Origin: an uncultured Bacteroidota bacterium
GTDB lineage: Bacteria > Bacteroidota > Ignavibacteria > Kryptoniales > JAKASW01
Direction of reading: 5' to 3'
Assembly (NCBI GenBank): GCA_963808245.1
Contig: CAWEES010000002.1
Coordinates: forward strand, 706,252 to 770,251
Length of the DNA: 64,000 bases
Positions 9,543-19,432 of this stretch are shown piece after piece (position 1 is the stretch's first letter; every line of letters starts with the position of its first letter). The notes under the pieces are model-generated. The model was not told the origin of the DNA, did not search any database, and was given only the letters and a program-made list of their open reading frames with translations. The translations under genes and the position numbers were made by a program.

Positions 9543-10040
9543 TCATTCGGCCACTCGTACTTGTGCCGTACGTAGTAATTCATTGTTCCAGAAATAGCCG
9601 CGGCGCAGCTCACCGACAACTATTCCCGGTTCACTACCCTCATGCCTCGTCATCGCTACGGCTTCATGCAAATTATGGTTGAACGGTATGCCGATGCTTA
9701 CAAATGGAATGACTCCATGCGATTCCAGGAGTGAAAGAATTTTTTTATGGATATTACGCACTCCCCGCTCGAACGGTTCTTTTTTACCGCTTGCCCACCG
9801 CATTGCATTCTCCAAATCGTCGATGATGTCCAGGAGTGGGAGTATAATCTCGCGCTTCCCTTCCCCGGCAAGCTTAGTGCTGTCACGCTCAACGCGGCGA
9901 CGATAATTGCTAAAGTCCGCAAGTGTACGAAGTGTCCGGTCACGCTCATTTATTAGCTCTTCTTGCAGCTTTTGTATTTCTGCCGACCAATTAGCCGGCG
10001 GCAGGATGTTCTGGTCGTTCTCATGTATCAGTATTTCCAT
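9543..10040 (-). CDS. grpE: Nucleotide exchange factor GrpE
   Basis: 165 aa. GrpE signature region (RTLADFSNYRRRVERD ... HEAVAM). Directly upstream of the J-protein gene. No dnaK in the window. Confidence 0.9.
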   Translation of the reverse strand: MEILIHENDQNILPPANWSAEIQKLQEELINERDRTLRTLADFSNYRRRVERDSTKLAGEGKREIILPLLDIIDDLENAMRWASGKKEPFERGVRNIHKKILSLLESHGVIPFVSIGIPFNHNLHEAVAMTRHEGSEPGIVVGELRRGYFWNNELLRTAQVRVAE

Positions 10041-10079
10041 GGTACTCCTATTTTACTATTCTTCAACTAACTTTCACAA
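9956..10079. repeat. 124-bp direct repeat, copy 1 (grpE 5' end, leader, and 17-nt remnant of an oxidoreductase 3' end)
   Basis: Aligned by eye to 29161..29284 with ~7 mismatches and no gaps. Covers grpE codons 1-28, the 22-nt leader, and the sequence ATTGTGAAAGTTAGTTGA (IVKVS-stop). Confidence 0.85.
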
Positions 10080-10349
10080 TTGATATTCTCAAGTCGATCC
10101 CTTGTGTCTTGCTTGTTATTTAACACCCTGTTCGTTGTTGTTGAATTACGGATACAACAGACTTAAAACATCTCACATCCGGTATTCTGGTTTGTCTCCT
10201 GGCCATGGAGACTTGTCTGTTAATCTGCTGTTTCACACTATCCCGATTCGCGACTCTATACGTTCTCAGGAAATGATAAATCTTACGGTTTGAACCGTTT
10301 AACTGACCTATCACCACTATTTATGATACAACTATATCGACCGTAAAAT

Positions 10350-10387
10350 CAATCGTGCTAAGGGATGAAAAAGGGATTACCTCTTTG
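10350..10387 (-). repeat. GGATGAAA hairpin module, copy D
   Basis: + strand CAATCGTGCTAAGGGATGAAAAAGGGATTACCTCTTTG. The right stem arm is degenerate. A TATCAT (-10-like, minus strand) lies at 10323-10328. The module is 310 nt upstream of the grpE start. Confidence 0.55.
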
Positions 10388-10435
10388 AAGTGAACCCGCA
10401 GTTCGCTGCTGCTGACGCCTTACCTGCTGCGCATT

Positions 10436-11707
10436 TTACTTGTTTGTCAGTTGCAGATAAATCAGCGCAAAAGCGGCAACGCTCATTGATATTAGCGTTA
10501 TCGATCCAAGAACATTTGACCATCTTTTGTTCGTAAATTTCCCCATTACTTTTTTGTTGTTAGAAATGTGTATAATTATGGCAATCATCACCGGAGCTGT
10601 TAAGCCATACAAAACAGCAGTGTAAATAAGCGCTTGTATCGGACTTATGCCTAGAAAATCCAGAGACAACCCGATTATGAGTGATACGATAAGCGTGATG
10701 TAAAAACCTTTGGCATCATGAAATTTTCTATCCAGCCCTTCCTTCCAATTAAAAGTCTCAGCTAAAATATAGGAAAGTGAGCCGGCTAAGACAGGTATCG
10801 CTAAGAACCCTGTGCCAATTATACCGACAGCAAAGAGCAAATAAGTAAGTTTGCCTGTCAATGGCTCTAATGCTTTTGCGGCTTGTCCTACCGTATCAAC
10901 TTGCCTGATACCTGCCCGATACAATACAGCGCCCGTTGTAAGGATTATGAAGAACATAACCAGGTTTGAAAACAACATCCCGAAATCGATATCCATTTTC
11001 ATGTCGTCCAAGATATGCTTGTTGATTATGATTTTCCTACGGTTATGTGAAATGTCTTCTGCTTCCATAGTGGCTTGCCAAAAGAACAAATAAGGAGAAA
11101 TCGTGGCGCCAAGAATGGCAACAAGTATCTCGAAAAAATTCCTACTGAAAAGAATAGTCGGGACAAAAGTACTTTTCATGACTTCCAACCAATCCGCATG
11201 TACAAGAAACGGAACTATGACATACAAAAGCAACGAAAGGCAAAGCCATTTCAGCACCACAGCAAGTTTTTGATATGGAAAATTGATAATAAAGAAAATA
11301 AGTACGAATGTAAAAAATGTGCTGAAGGCAAAAGATGGAATTTGATGTATAAGTAAATTGGCAACGGCTCCCATTCCCTGAATGTCGGCGCCTATATTGA
11401 GCGTAATAGCTGGAAAACTAAACACAGCCATTAGATATAAAATGGTTTTCGGATATTTCTTTTTTACAATTCCCGTCAATCCCTCCTGCGTTACCATACC
11501 GATTCGTGCGCTCATCTCCTGCATCGCAGCCATAAGAGGAAAAGTAATGACCGCAGTCCAAAGAGCTGCAAAACCAAAACCGGCACCCGCCTGCGAATAG
11601 GTTGCAATCCCTGAAGGATCATCGTCGCTTGCGCCTGTAATAAGTCCGGGACCGAGTATGTGCCAGTATCTTTTAATTCTTGTTAAAAGCATCGTGGGTA
11701 GATTCAT
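10436..11707 (-). CDS. Nramp-family divalent metal cation transporter
   Basis: 423 aa, ~11 TM helices. N-terminal Nramp motif GPGLITGASDDDPSGIATYSQAGAGFGF. Confidence 0.85.
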   Translation of the reverse strand: MNLPTMLLTRIKRYWHILGPGLITGASDDDPSGIATYSQAGAGFGFAALWTAVITFPLMAAMQEMSARIGMVTQEGLTGIVKKKYPKTILYLMAVFSFPAITLNIGADIQGMGAVANLLIHQIPSFAFSTFFTFVLIFFIINFPYQKLAVVLKWLCLSLLLYVIVPFLVHADWLEVMKSTFVPTILFSRNFFEILVAILGATISPYLFFWQATMEAEDISHNRRKIIINKHILDDMKMDIDFGMLFSNLVMFFIILTTGAVLYRAGIRQVDTVGQAAKALEPLTGKLTYLLFAVGIIGTGFLAIPVLAGSLSYILAETFNWKEGLDRKFHDAKGFYITLIVSLIIGLSLDFLGISPIQALIYTAVLYGLTAPVMIAIIIHISNNKKVMGKFTNKRWSNVLGSITLISMSVAAFALIYLQLTNK

Positions 11708-11882
11708 TACAGATAGGCTTTCACCGCTTGTTGTTATAGCTCTTTATTTGCCATGATTCTTTCTCCAGATCAGTTCGAAACAATTTTTAGGATTAATTTT
11801 CATCTTCATTCTTTCGGTTATGTCAGCAGTGTTGTTCCCGTCTGTTTATTCATAGGGTTCAGATTTAGGCTCGACTTCGGCT

Positions 11883-14609
11883 TCATCTTTTCGGCTTTTC
11901 CTGCTCCGCCTGCTCCCAGTCCTGAACTGCCCTACCGTCTTTGCGACCTCGTTCTTCGTAGATTTCATAGGCACGCTTAGCGATCTGCGACTTCAAATCC
12001 GAAGGAGTCTCTGACTTGGCTTCAGGCTTGTCCCCAGCTTTAGCTTCGAGTTTGTCGTCAGTTTTGATTTCAGTTTTGGTTTCGGCTCGGGCTTTGACTT
12101 CGGGCTTAGCCGCGGCTTTGGTGTGATCGAAAATCCGGTACGCGAGCAGTTTCACGCGGTCATTCAAGAGGAACCACAGCAGCGCATATCCCCATACGAA
12201 CCCGGCCCAACCCCAGCCCAATGGTGTCATAAACATTCCGTAAACCGCTATCAACGTCGCCACAATTTGAGTGCCGAGCACTGCCACCCATAAAATCTTT
12301 GCCGGGCGAATAGACCAGAACGGGCGTCGCGTGCGCGTGAGAAAGATCGTCAGATGTCCGGCAACTGACAGCTTCAGGTACATCAGCGTCTGGATGTGCG
12401 CGCGATCGAGATGAAAGACGCGCTCACCGAGATAAAACAAGGCGAATGCGGAGACGACCCCGATGATGCCCAGCACCGTGGAGATCCCCAGCACCATGCG
12501 CATGTTCCATGCCTCGGGCTTATCCTTGTAATGAACGTTATCGTATGCAATGGACAGGATGGCGCCATCGTTGAGCAGCGCCAGCATCACGATCATCACA
12601 GCAGTCAGCGGATAGAAATTAAAGATCAGGATCGACAGCGTCATGAAGAACAGCACACGCAACGTTTCGGAGATTCGGTAGATCGCGTAGCTATTCATCC
12701 GCTGGAAAATTTTCCGGCTCTCCTTGATCGCGTCGATAATCACCGACAAGCCGGGCATCGTCAGCACGATAGACGCCGCCGCGCGCGCCGCGTCAGTCGC
12801 GTCCGAAACGGCGATGCCGCAGTCGGCTTTCTTCAGCGCAGGTGCGTCATTCACGCCGTCACCGGTCATGCCGACCATGTGACCCAGCTTTTGCAGGACA
12901 TCCACAATATGGAACTTGTGTTCGGGGAACACTTGAGCGAAGCCATCGGCCTTTTCAATGGACTTGGCCACGTCTGTTGTCTCTTCTTTTTTCGAGTCGC
13001 CCAGGCTGGCGGCCTCGAGGATGTTCGTGCCCATGTCCAACTTCTTGGCGGTTTCCTGGGCGATGGCCAGTGCATCGCCAGTGACCATCTTGACCTTAAC
13101 ACCCATCGCTAGTGCGGTCGCGATAGTTGCCTTTGCATCTTCCCTTGGCGGATCGAACAAGGGTAAAACGCCAACAAACTGCCATAGGCCGTCTCCTTCA
13201 GCCCGCGCCACGCCCAACGAACGAAAACCACGAGCGGCAAATTCGTTGACAGCCTTCTCGATGGCAGGCTTCAGCTGTCCGGCATTGGCCGCCAATTTCA
13301 AAATCACCTGCGGCGCACCCTTCGTGACCTTGAACGTCTTTCCGTCTTTTCCTTTGACGGTGGCCTCGGTGCGTTTATGTACCGGGTCGAACGGCTGGAA
13401 ATGAACCACCTCGTACGACTTCAGTGAATCTTTGTCTTTCAGTCCGGCCAGAACTGCAAGATCAATGGTGTCGTTATTGTCCGTACGCGACGCCAGCGCA
13501 CCGTTGAGGATGACTTGATCGGCGGGGAGATTGTCCACACCGAACGGATCGCCCAGCGTCAACTTATTTTGGGTCAAGGTTCCGGTCTTGTCCGCGCACA
13601 GCACATCGACCCCTGCCAGTTCCTCGATAGCCACCAGCTTACTCACGATTGCTTTTTTCCTTGCGAGCAGGCGCGCCCCGACCGCCATGGTCACCGATAA
13701 TACTGTCGGCATCGCCACGGGAATCGCGGCAACGGTCAGTACCAGAGCGAACTGCAACGTCGAGAGGATCGGATCGCCGCGGAGTATGGCCACGGTAATA
13801 ATCACCGCCACCAGAGCTACCGCAAGGATGATCAGGTAATTGCCGATCTTCATAACCGCCTTTTGAAAGTGACTGACGGTGTGCGCCTCTTGAACCAACT
13901 GCGCCGTCTTGCCGAAGTATGTGTTCGCACCCGTGGCATAGACAAGCGCGCCGATTTCGCCGCGTCGAACGATCGAACCTGAAAACACCGCCTCGCCGGA
14001 TTTGCGCTCGGCGGGCAACGACTCTCCCGTCAGCGCCGACTGATCAACCTCCACCGAATCACCCTCCAGCAGGCGCGCATCAGCCGGCACAATGTCACCC
14101 AGGCGCATGCGTATGACATCGCCCGGCACCAGCTCACGCGCCGCCGGGTTGACCCACTTCCCATCACGTTTCACTCTGGCCTTGACTGCCAGCTTGGCTT
14201 TGAGGGCTTCGATGGCGTTGCCTGCCTGGCGTTCTTCCCAAAATCCGACCACAGCGTTTGCGAGAAGCAGAAGGAGGATAATAAAAAAATCCGGCCAGTG
14301 CCGAACCACGGCGGACAGTATCACCGCAATCTCGATCATCCACGGAATGGGGCCCCAGAAATAGGTGAGGAATTTCAGGAGCGGACTTGTTTTCTTTTCT
14401 TCAATCTCGTTTGGCCCGTATTGGGTCAGCCGCTTCTCCGCCTCGGCTTGAGTGAGGCCGTCCGGGGATGATTCTAATTTTCTCTCCACCTCCGAAATGG
14501 GAAGAGATTTCAGATCATCCTTGATTTCAGGCTTTGCTCCGTCCTTGGCATCGGGTTTTGACCCCCGCTTCGATTCGGGAGCCTTTGGATCATCGGTATT
14601 TGAATTCAT
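11883..14609 (-). CDS. P-type ATPase, plasma-membrane H+-ATPase (P3A) type, with C-terminal DUF2934-like domain
   Basis: 908 aa. Motifs DKTGTLTQNKLTL, MVTGDALAIAQETAKKL, GDGVNDAPALKKADCGIAV. The N-terminal region resembles PMA/AHA pumps (GLTQAEAEKRLTQYGPNEIEEKKTSPLLKFL). K/E/D-rich tails at both ends. The terminal IAKRAYEIYEERGRKDGRAVQDWEQAEQE matches the DUF2934 pattern. Confidence 0.85.
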   Translation of the reverse strand: MNSNTDDPKAPESKRGSKPDAKDGAKPEIKDDLKSLPISEVERKLESSPDGLTQAEAEKRLTQYGPNEIEEKKTSPLLKFLTYFWGPIPWMIEIAVILSAVVRHWPDFFIILLLLLANAVVGFWEERQAGNAIEALKAKLAVKARVKRDGKWVNPAARELVPGDVIRMRLGDIVPADARLLEGDSVEVDQSALTGESLPAERKSGEAVFSGSIVRRGEIGALVYATGANTYFGKTAQLVQEAHTVSHFQKAVMKIGNYLIILAVALVAVIITVAILRGDPILSTLQFALVLTVAAIPVAMPTVLSVTMAVGARLLARKKAIVSKLVAIEELAGVDVLCADKTGTLTQNKLTLGDPFGVDNLPADQVILNGALASRTDNNDTIDLAVLAGLKDKDSLKSYEVVHFQPFDPVHKRTEATVKGKDGKTFKVTKGAPQVILKLAANAGQLKPAIEKAVNEFAARGFRSLGVARAEGDGLWQFVGVLPLFDPPREDAKATIATALAMGVKVKMVTGDALAIAQETAKKLDMGTNILEAASLGDSKKEETTDVAKSIEKADGFAQVFPEHKFHIVDVLQKLGHMVGMTGDGVNDAPALKKADCGIAVSDATDAARAAASIVLTMPGLSVIIDAIKESRKIFQRMNSYAIYRISETLRVLFFMTLSILIFNFYPLTAVMIVMLALLNDGAILSIAYDNVHYKDKPEAWNMRMVLGISTVLGIIGVVSAFALFYLGERVFHLDRAHIQTLMYLKLSVAGHLTIFLTRTRRPFWSIRPAKILWVAVLGTQIVATLIAVYGMFMTPLGWGWAGFVWGYALLWFLLNDRVKLLAYRIFDHTKAAAKPEVKARAETKTEIKTDDKLEAKAGDKPEAKSETPSDLKSQIAKRAYEIYEERGRKDGRAVQDWEQAEQEKPKR

Positions 14610-14651
14610 GATATGGCTTCTTTTGAGGTTTTGAATTTTCGGAACCAGGCG

Positions 14652-15761
14652 CTACACCTTTGCTCCCGGCGGGTCGGCGACTTTTCCCGGCGGCAGGATT
14701 TCCGGCACGTCAAGACGTGCCACACCGATCCGGTTGTCAGCCATCCCGTAATAAACATCGAAGCGATCAGGTAAGCCAAGGTCGTCACGCCGGTCGATGC
14801 CGGTTGGGAACACAACGTTAGCGATGGTTCCACAGCGTTCTTGCGGCAGCTCCGGCATCAACACAGGTTCCGTCGAACGATAGCGGATCTCGCGCGGATG
14901 CTCCTCCGAAAGAACCATCACCCCTGCAGAGTAGCATAGTTGGCAACCGTCGCTGCCCGGCTCCGCCATTTTACTTACGCCATGGTACAGGATCATCCAG
15001 CCGTGCTTGGTTAGAATGGGCGGAGTGCCACCGCCGATTTTTAGCCGTTCCCACGGCGATACCGGACTTGCCAGCCGATGATGCGAATTGAACAGGCCAG
15101 GACGATGCGGCACCAGACCTTTGGGCGGCATTGGACAATAAGAAATCCAGATGCTTTCATGCTCGCGATCCACTACCCGGGATTCGGCCTGAGAGGCGGT
15201 TTCTTCGGGATGGGTGCCGGGAAAAAGCGGACGATGGAGAAGGGCCAACTGCATCTTCCCGGCGTGATTGGGAATTGCGACGGGAAAGATGCTGGCATCC
15301 TTGTTGTCCACATGGACGAAATCAATGTCTTGAAAAGGCTCAAAGGTCGCCAACCCGATCCGCTCCCAGTGGAACAAATCCTCCGACATCGCCAGGGCAA
15401 TTCGGGGTCCGCTCGGCGAAAGCGCCGTATAAGTCATGACGTAATGTTGGAGCGGTTCGACAAAGGTAATGCGCGGATCTTCACAGCCGCCGCTGCCGTC
15501 AGATCGCCGCTCATAATCAGCTTCCGGCTCGATCGCAATGCCGAGCCGTTCGACTCCGATCGGGTCACCGGCTTCGTTGAATTTTACACGGGCAATGCCG
15601 ATACGTGAATAATTGCCGCGGGCGACGAGCCGTGGGAACAGGTAAAGTTTGCCGTCAGGACCGCGAGCGGCAGCCGGGTTCAGGACTCCTTCGACCTCCA
15701 TTGGATTCCCCGGCTCCGGCTCCATCAACATTCCGAGGCGCTGCAACTGGAAGCCGCTCAT
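14652..15761 (-). CDS. GH130-family glycoside phosphorylase/glycosidase (beta-mannoside phosphorylase-like)
   Basis: 369 aa. N-terminus typical of GH130/DUF377 (GVLNPAAARGPDGKLYLFPRLVARGNYSRIGIARV). The start overlaps the upstream gene stop by 4 nt. Confidence 0.7.
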   Translation of the reverse strand: MSGFQLQRLGMLMEPEPGNPMEVEGVLNPAAARGPDGKLYLFPRLVARGNYSRIGIARVKFNEAGDPIGVERLGIAIEPEADYERRSDGSGGCEDPRITFVEPLQHYVMTYTALSPSGPRIALAMSEDLFHWERIGLATFEPFQDIDFVHVDNKDASIFPVAIPNHAGKMQLALLHRPLFPGTHPEETASQAESRVVDREHESIWISYCPMPPKGLVPHRPGLFNSHHRLASPVSPWERLKIGGGTPPILTKHGWMILYHGVSKMAEPGSDGCQLCYSAGVMVLSEEHPREIRYRSTEPVLMPELPQERCGTIANVVFPTGIDRRDDLGLPDRFDVYYGMADNRIGVARLDVPEILPPGKVADPPGAKV

Positions 15762-16540
15762 CGCTTCTCCTCCTCAACAGGTTCTGTGTGTTGAACCCCA
15801 TCCAAACAAGCAACGATAGCCTCAATCACCCGTTTCGATTCGTTGGGATCTCTGACCCGGATAGAAAGGGCGCCCGCTTGCTCAGCTGGATAGTCGTTTC
15901 CGCCGGGGAACAATGCATCTCCGATAAAAATCATCTCCTGAATTGTAACGCCAAGAACGTCCCGGAGTTTTCTAATTCCGTAGGCTTTGTCGATGCCCGG
16001 CTTGGTGACGTCAATGGATGTTGTGCCACCAAGACGAACAGAAAATTCGGGAATGAGTTTGTCTAAGAGTGATTTTATCTTCTTCCTCTTGGCGAAGTCA
16101 GGGTCCCATTTTTTCTTTTCTTCGATGGGAGCTTGCTGCCCTAATGCGGAGAACGTAATCTGGCTTCCCCGATCTTCAATTGCATCTCCCCAGATCTTTT
16201 CAACCGTGAAACCCGCTGACTCAATCGCCTGCTTCAATGAACTGATAATCTTCTTTCTCTCTTCGTCGGTGAAGTCTTCCGAATAGATTTTTTTCCAATC
16301 GACCGCGTACTGGTAAAACTTTGTTCCACAGGTTGGAAGGAGAGACAGATTCTTCAGATGTTCGTCGTGAGGAAGATTAGATAGCACCTGTTTCTCAAAC
16401 TGCGGCCAATCGCCTCCGGAAATCACCGCCACCTTCACGATATTCAGAAGAGCACTGAGCAGCGCGGCCATCTCGGCATCGATAGACGATTTGCTCTCGG
16501 CAAGCGTACCATCCAGATCAAAGACGATTAGTTTCTTCAT
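15758..16540 (-). CDS. HAD-IIB family hydrolase, phosphomannomutase-like
   Basis: 260 aa. Motif I FDLDGTLAESK, then VAVISGGDWPQFEKQVL, which resembles eukaryotic-type PMM (GGSD..KQ..QL). The activity is not proven. Confidence 0.6.
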   Translation of the reverse strand: MKKLIVFDLDGTLAESKSSIDAEMAALLSALLNIVKVAVISGGDWPQFEKQVLSNLPHDEHLKNLSLLPTCGTKFYQYAVDWKKIYSEDFTDEERKKIISSLKQAIESAGFTVEKIWGDAIEDRGSQITFSALGQQAPIEEKKKWDPDFAKRKKIKSLLDKLIPEFSVRLGGTTSIDVTKPGIDKAYGIRKLRDVLGVTIQEMIFIGDALFPGGNDYPAEQAGALSIRVRDPNESKRVIEAIVACLDGVQHTEPVEEEKR

Positions 16541-16544
16541 TATA

Positions 16545-17561
16545 TTATGTCCCTTCCGGTATCGAAATTTCCAACAAGGTCACTTCACTGCGCGGTAGAA
16601 AAGCACACACTCCGACCATGGCCGGCAAGAGCATCACGTCGCCTTTGCCAACGGCGTAATTGGCACTATCGTGCTCCAACTGACCGTCGCCGGCAATGCA
16701 CACCAGCACGCGCGGCAATCCCTCGGCGCCGACTGTAAACGTTGATTCTCCGTTGAGCCTCCACAATTCAAAATGTTCACAATCAAAGAGTCGCTCTCGC
16801 TGCACCGGCTTCACCTCTTCCACTACCGGTACAACGGGAACTACCGCACCTTGCTCATAATCAACGCAGGCAATTGCTTGATCGACTTGCAGAGGTCGTG
16901 GCTCACCGGTTTTGGCATCAACGCGGTCCCAGTCGTAAAGACGAAACGTCACGTCGCTGTTTTCCTGCACTTCGAAAACCACAAGGTTGCCCAGCGTGTG
17001 AACGGTCCCGGCTCTCAGGAATATGGCGTCACCAAGCTTTGGCCTGAAGCTGGCCAGGTGTTCCACCACCGTTCCGCTTGTGAGCGCCTGCCGCAGATTG
17101 TCCGCGGTACTGCCCGGTTTTAGGCCTGCGTAGATGCGGCTTTCGGGCCCCGCCTCCAGCACAACCCACGCTTCGGTCTTGCCGCTCTCGCCCGCCGGCA
17201 AAAACTTCGTTTGCAGGTCCGATGGATGCACTTGAACCGAAAGCACTTCGTGAGCATCGAGGAACTTCAGCAGCAGTGGAAATTTGCGGAAGCGTCCGGC
17301 CGGCTTTCCCAACAATTCCTCCGGATACTGCTTAAGCAATTGCCGGATAGTCCGCCCTTTGAGCGGTCCATCGGCTACTTGACTCGGATGGTCCTCACGG
17401 TCGCTGAGCACCCAGGCTTCACCGATGGGGCCATCACCCGGCAACGGCGCGGTGAGCAGGTTGGCCAGACGACGACCACCCCAGACCCGATATTCATAGA
17501 TCGGTTCGAATCGTAGTGGATACAGAGGTACTTGATCCATGGCATGTTTCCTAGTCGTCAT
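16545..17561 (-). CDS. manA: Class I mannose-6-phosphate isomerase (cupin)
   Basis: 338 aa. YPLRFEPIYEYRVWGG, LSVQVHP, KTEAWVVLEA, VHTLG motifs. Confidence 0.85.
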   Translation of the reverse strand: MTTRKHAMDQVPLYPLRFEPIYEYRVWGGRRLANLLTAPLPGDGPIGEAWVLSDREDHPSQVADGPLKGRTIRQLLKQYPEELLGKPAGRFRKFPLLLKFLDAHEVLSVQVHPSDLQTKFLPAGESGKTEAWVVLEAGPESRIYAGLKPGSTADNLRQALTSGTVVEHLASFRPKLGDAIFLRAGTVHTLGNLVVFEVQENSDVTFRLYDWDRVDAKTGEPRPLQVDQAIACVDYEQGAVVPVVPVVEEVKPVQRERLFDCEHFELWRLNGESTFTVGAEGLPRVLVCIAGDGQLEHDSANYAVGKGDVMLLPAMVGVCAFLPRSEVTLLEISIPEGT

Positions 17562-17872
17562 ACTTGCGTCATCTCCATCGATGCCTTGTAACCACGATGG
17601 CGTGCATCTTTATAAATGATAATTCCTTGGTCGTGAAAGACTAAGGTGTTCCGCTCTTTTCCAAAGATGCCTGACAGCGGCTGCCGCCTGCGAGGCCGTA
17701 ACGACAAGTCTTGGCTTAGCACATAGATAACCATGCAGACGACCATCAAAAACACGGCGACCCAGACACGCCAATCTCGATGCGCACGTTTCCAATAAGG
17801 GCGATGATCCTTCTGAACACTGTTGCTATTCGGTCTTCCCTGCAAGTGGTGATTCCAATTATTATTACTCAT
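17558..17872 (-). CDS. Small single-pass membrane protein, hypothetical
   Basis: 104 aa. His/Asn-rich N-terminus, then one TM helix (WRVWVAVFLMVVCMVIYVL). The stop overlaps the manA start (ATGA). Confidence 0.5.
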   Translation of the reverse strand: MSNNNWNHHLQGRPNSNSVQKDHRPYWKRAHRDWRVWVAVFLMVVCMVIYVLSQDLSLRPRRRQPLSGIFGKERNTLVFHDQGIIIYKDARHRGYKASMEMTQV

Positions 17873-17915
17873 TTGTTCCCTTCACTATTGATACCTTCCC
17901 GGACGGTGTCGATGC

Positions 17916-18938
17916 TCATTTCTTTTCCATCGCGGCACTATAATCGCCGCGGCGCGCAGCGCGGTTGCACTTAGCTCGATGATGCAGAGCTTGCTGTGCC
18001 GCCACAACGCTGGCTTCATTACCCTGCCAAATCTCCAATGCCGGTTGCTGGATGGCACGGGCAAACGAAAAGGCCAACGCCCAAGGGAGTTGCGACTTGA
18101 ACCGAACATTCATGGCATTCAAACGTGCCGAGGCAAGTTCTGCGGTTTGACCGCCTGATAGGAACGCAATCCCCGGAACAGCAGCCGGGACGGCCCGCAA
18201 GAGGCACTTCACCGTCGCATCGGCTACCTCGTCCACAGTTTCTTCCTTGGGACAGGTCAATCCTGGTACCACCATGTTGGGCTTCAGGATCATACCCTCC
18301 AGCATTACCCGTTGCGTGTGAAGCTGGTTAAAAACGGTTCGCAGGACTTCTTCCGTCACCTCGCGGCATCGCTCCATGGTATGCTCGCCGTCCATGAGCA
18401 CTTCCGGCTCGACGACGGGAACCAGTCCAGCTTCCTGGCACAGCGCGGCATAGCGGGCCAGCGCATGCGCGTTCGCCTCAATGCAACCCCGGCTGGGGAT
18501 ACCATCGCCTATGGCAATCACCGCCCGCCACTTTGCAAAACGAGCACCCATATTGAAATATTCTTTGAGGCGGTCCCGCAGCCCGTCCAGGCCTTCCGTT
18601 ATTTTCTCACCAGGATGACTCGCCATATCCTTCGCGCCGGTGTCCACCTTGATACCGGGAATGATTCTTGCATCAGCGAGAACTTTGACGAAGGGAGTTC
18701 CATCTTTCTTCTGCTGGCGGATCGTCTCGTCGTAGAGAATCACGCCACTGATAGACTCGCCCAAATCCGGCGTTGTTATAATTAACTCCCGATAGGCGCG
18801 CCGCGCCTCCTCGGTTTGGGGAATCCCCAACTTAGCAAATCGTTTGTTGCACGTTGGATTGCTTTCATCCATCGCCAGGATGCCTTTGTCGCCTGCGACC
18901 AGCTTCCTCGCTGTGTCTATAAGCTCCTGTGTGTTCAT
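17916..18938 (-). CDS. fba: Fructose-bisphosphate aldolase, class I
   Basis: 340 aa. GILAMDESNPTCNKRFAKLGI and a Schiff-base lysine region (MILKPNMV), typical of class I aldolases. Confidence 0.9.
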   Translation of the reverse strand: MNTQELIDTARKLVAGDKGILAMDESNPTCNKRFAKLGIPQTEEARRAYRELIITTPDLGESISGVILYDETIRQQKKDGTPFVKVLADARIIPGIKVDTGAKDMASHPGEKITEGLDGLRDRLKEYFNMGARFAKWRAVIAIGDGIPSRGCIEANAHALARYAALCQEAGLVPVVEPEVLMDGEHTMERCREVTEEVLRTVFNQLHTQRVMLEGMILKPNMVVPGLTCPKEETVDEVADATVKCLLRAVPAAVPGIAFLSGGQTAELASARLNAMNVRFKSQLPWALAFSFARAIQQPALEIWQGNEASVVAAQQALHHRAKCNRAARRGDYSAAMEKK

Positions 18939-18960
18939 CTCTGTTACCTCCGCATTTCTG

Positions 18961-19320
18961 TCATTTATTTTTCGGCTCGTCCCGAGGCGGGTCAGTCCTA
19001 TGTCTCTTCTGGTCGCGCTGCCGCTCGAGAGTGCTCTCTATTAGCTTGATCAACTTATCAGAGGCGTCTCCGATAGCCTGGTCCAAGGTCTCTGCCTCGC
19101 AAGTGACTGCGATGGGTTGCCGTCCTTCAAGGCGGGCTTCCATCATGCAGCGTTTGTCGCCACGACTGTTCTTGTGCCTGGTCTGGTCGCTCAGATGGAC
19201 TTCTACTTGCGTGATGTGACTGCTGAATCGACTCAGGGCACTCTCCACTTTTCCGCTGACTTCAGCAATCAGGGTCTCGTGACCTACTATATTGTGGTCT
19301 GTGTTAATTTGGATCTGCAT
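18961..19320 (-). CDS. hpf: Ribosome hibernation factor HPF/RaiA family
   Basis: 119 aa. MQIQINTDH...ITQVEVHLSD... pattern of the sigma-54 modulation/RaiA fold. Confidence 0.85.
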   Translation of the reverse strand: MQIQINTDHNIVGHETLIAEVSGKVESALSRFSSHITQVEVHLSDQTRHKNSRGDKRCMMEARLEGRQPIAVTCEAETLDQAIGDASDKLIKLIESTLERQRDQKRHRTDPPRDEPKNK

Positions 19321-19432
19321 TATATCCTCCGTCGTGATTGTTGTTGGCTCAATCCAGCAAGCGCGTTCCCAAATTTCATCGATCGGCAGTGCGTCGGAAT
19401 TGAGGTGTGCGTATTGTTCCTTCTTTCATCAT

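Noticed and set aside
10041-10435. CIRCE/HrcA operator or RpoH-type heat-shock promoter upstream of grpE.
   Set aside because: No TTAGCACTC-N9-GAGTGCTAA-like inverted repeat was found. The CTTGAAA...CCCCAT pattern is not present in the correct orientation. Only the GGATGAAA module and a small GTCTCC/GGAGAC hairpin (10193-10211) are visible.
11789-11817. Ninth GGATGAAA-module copy in inverted orientation (AGGATTAATTTTCATCTTCATTCTTTCGG on the + strand) between the H+-ATPase and Nramp genes.
   Set aside because: The core 8-mer is not intact (TTCATCTT rather than TTTCATCC on that strand) and the stem is imperfect. It is mentioned as a possible relic but not counted as a copy.
12396-13112. Long + strand ORFs: 12396..13112, 8989..9534, 19117..19686, 19559..20131, 20303..20950, 24759..25358, 36948..37520, 38660..39283, 45183..45971, 58383..58928 and 60655..61218.
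   Set aside because: Each lies entirely antisense to a minus-strand gene with clear family signatures. Their translations are low-complexity or Arg/His/Pro-rich, with no recognisable motifs. They are treated as shadow ORFs.
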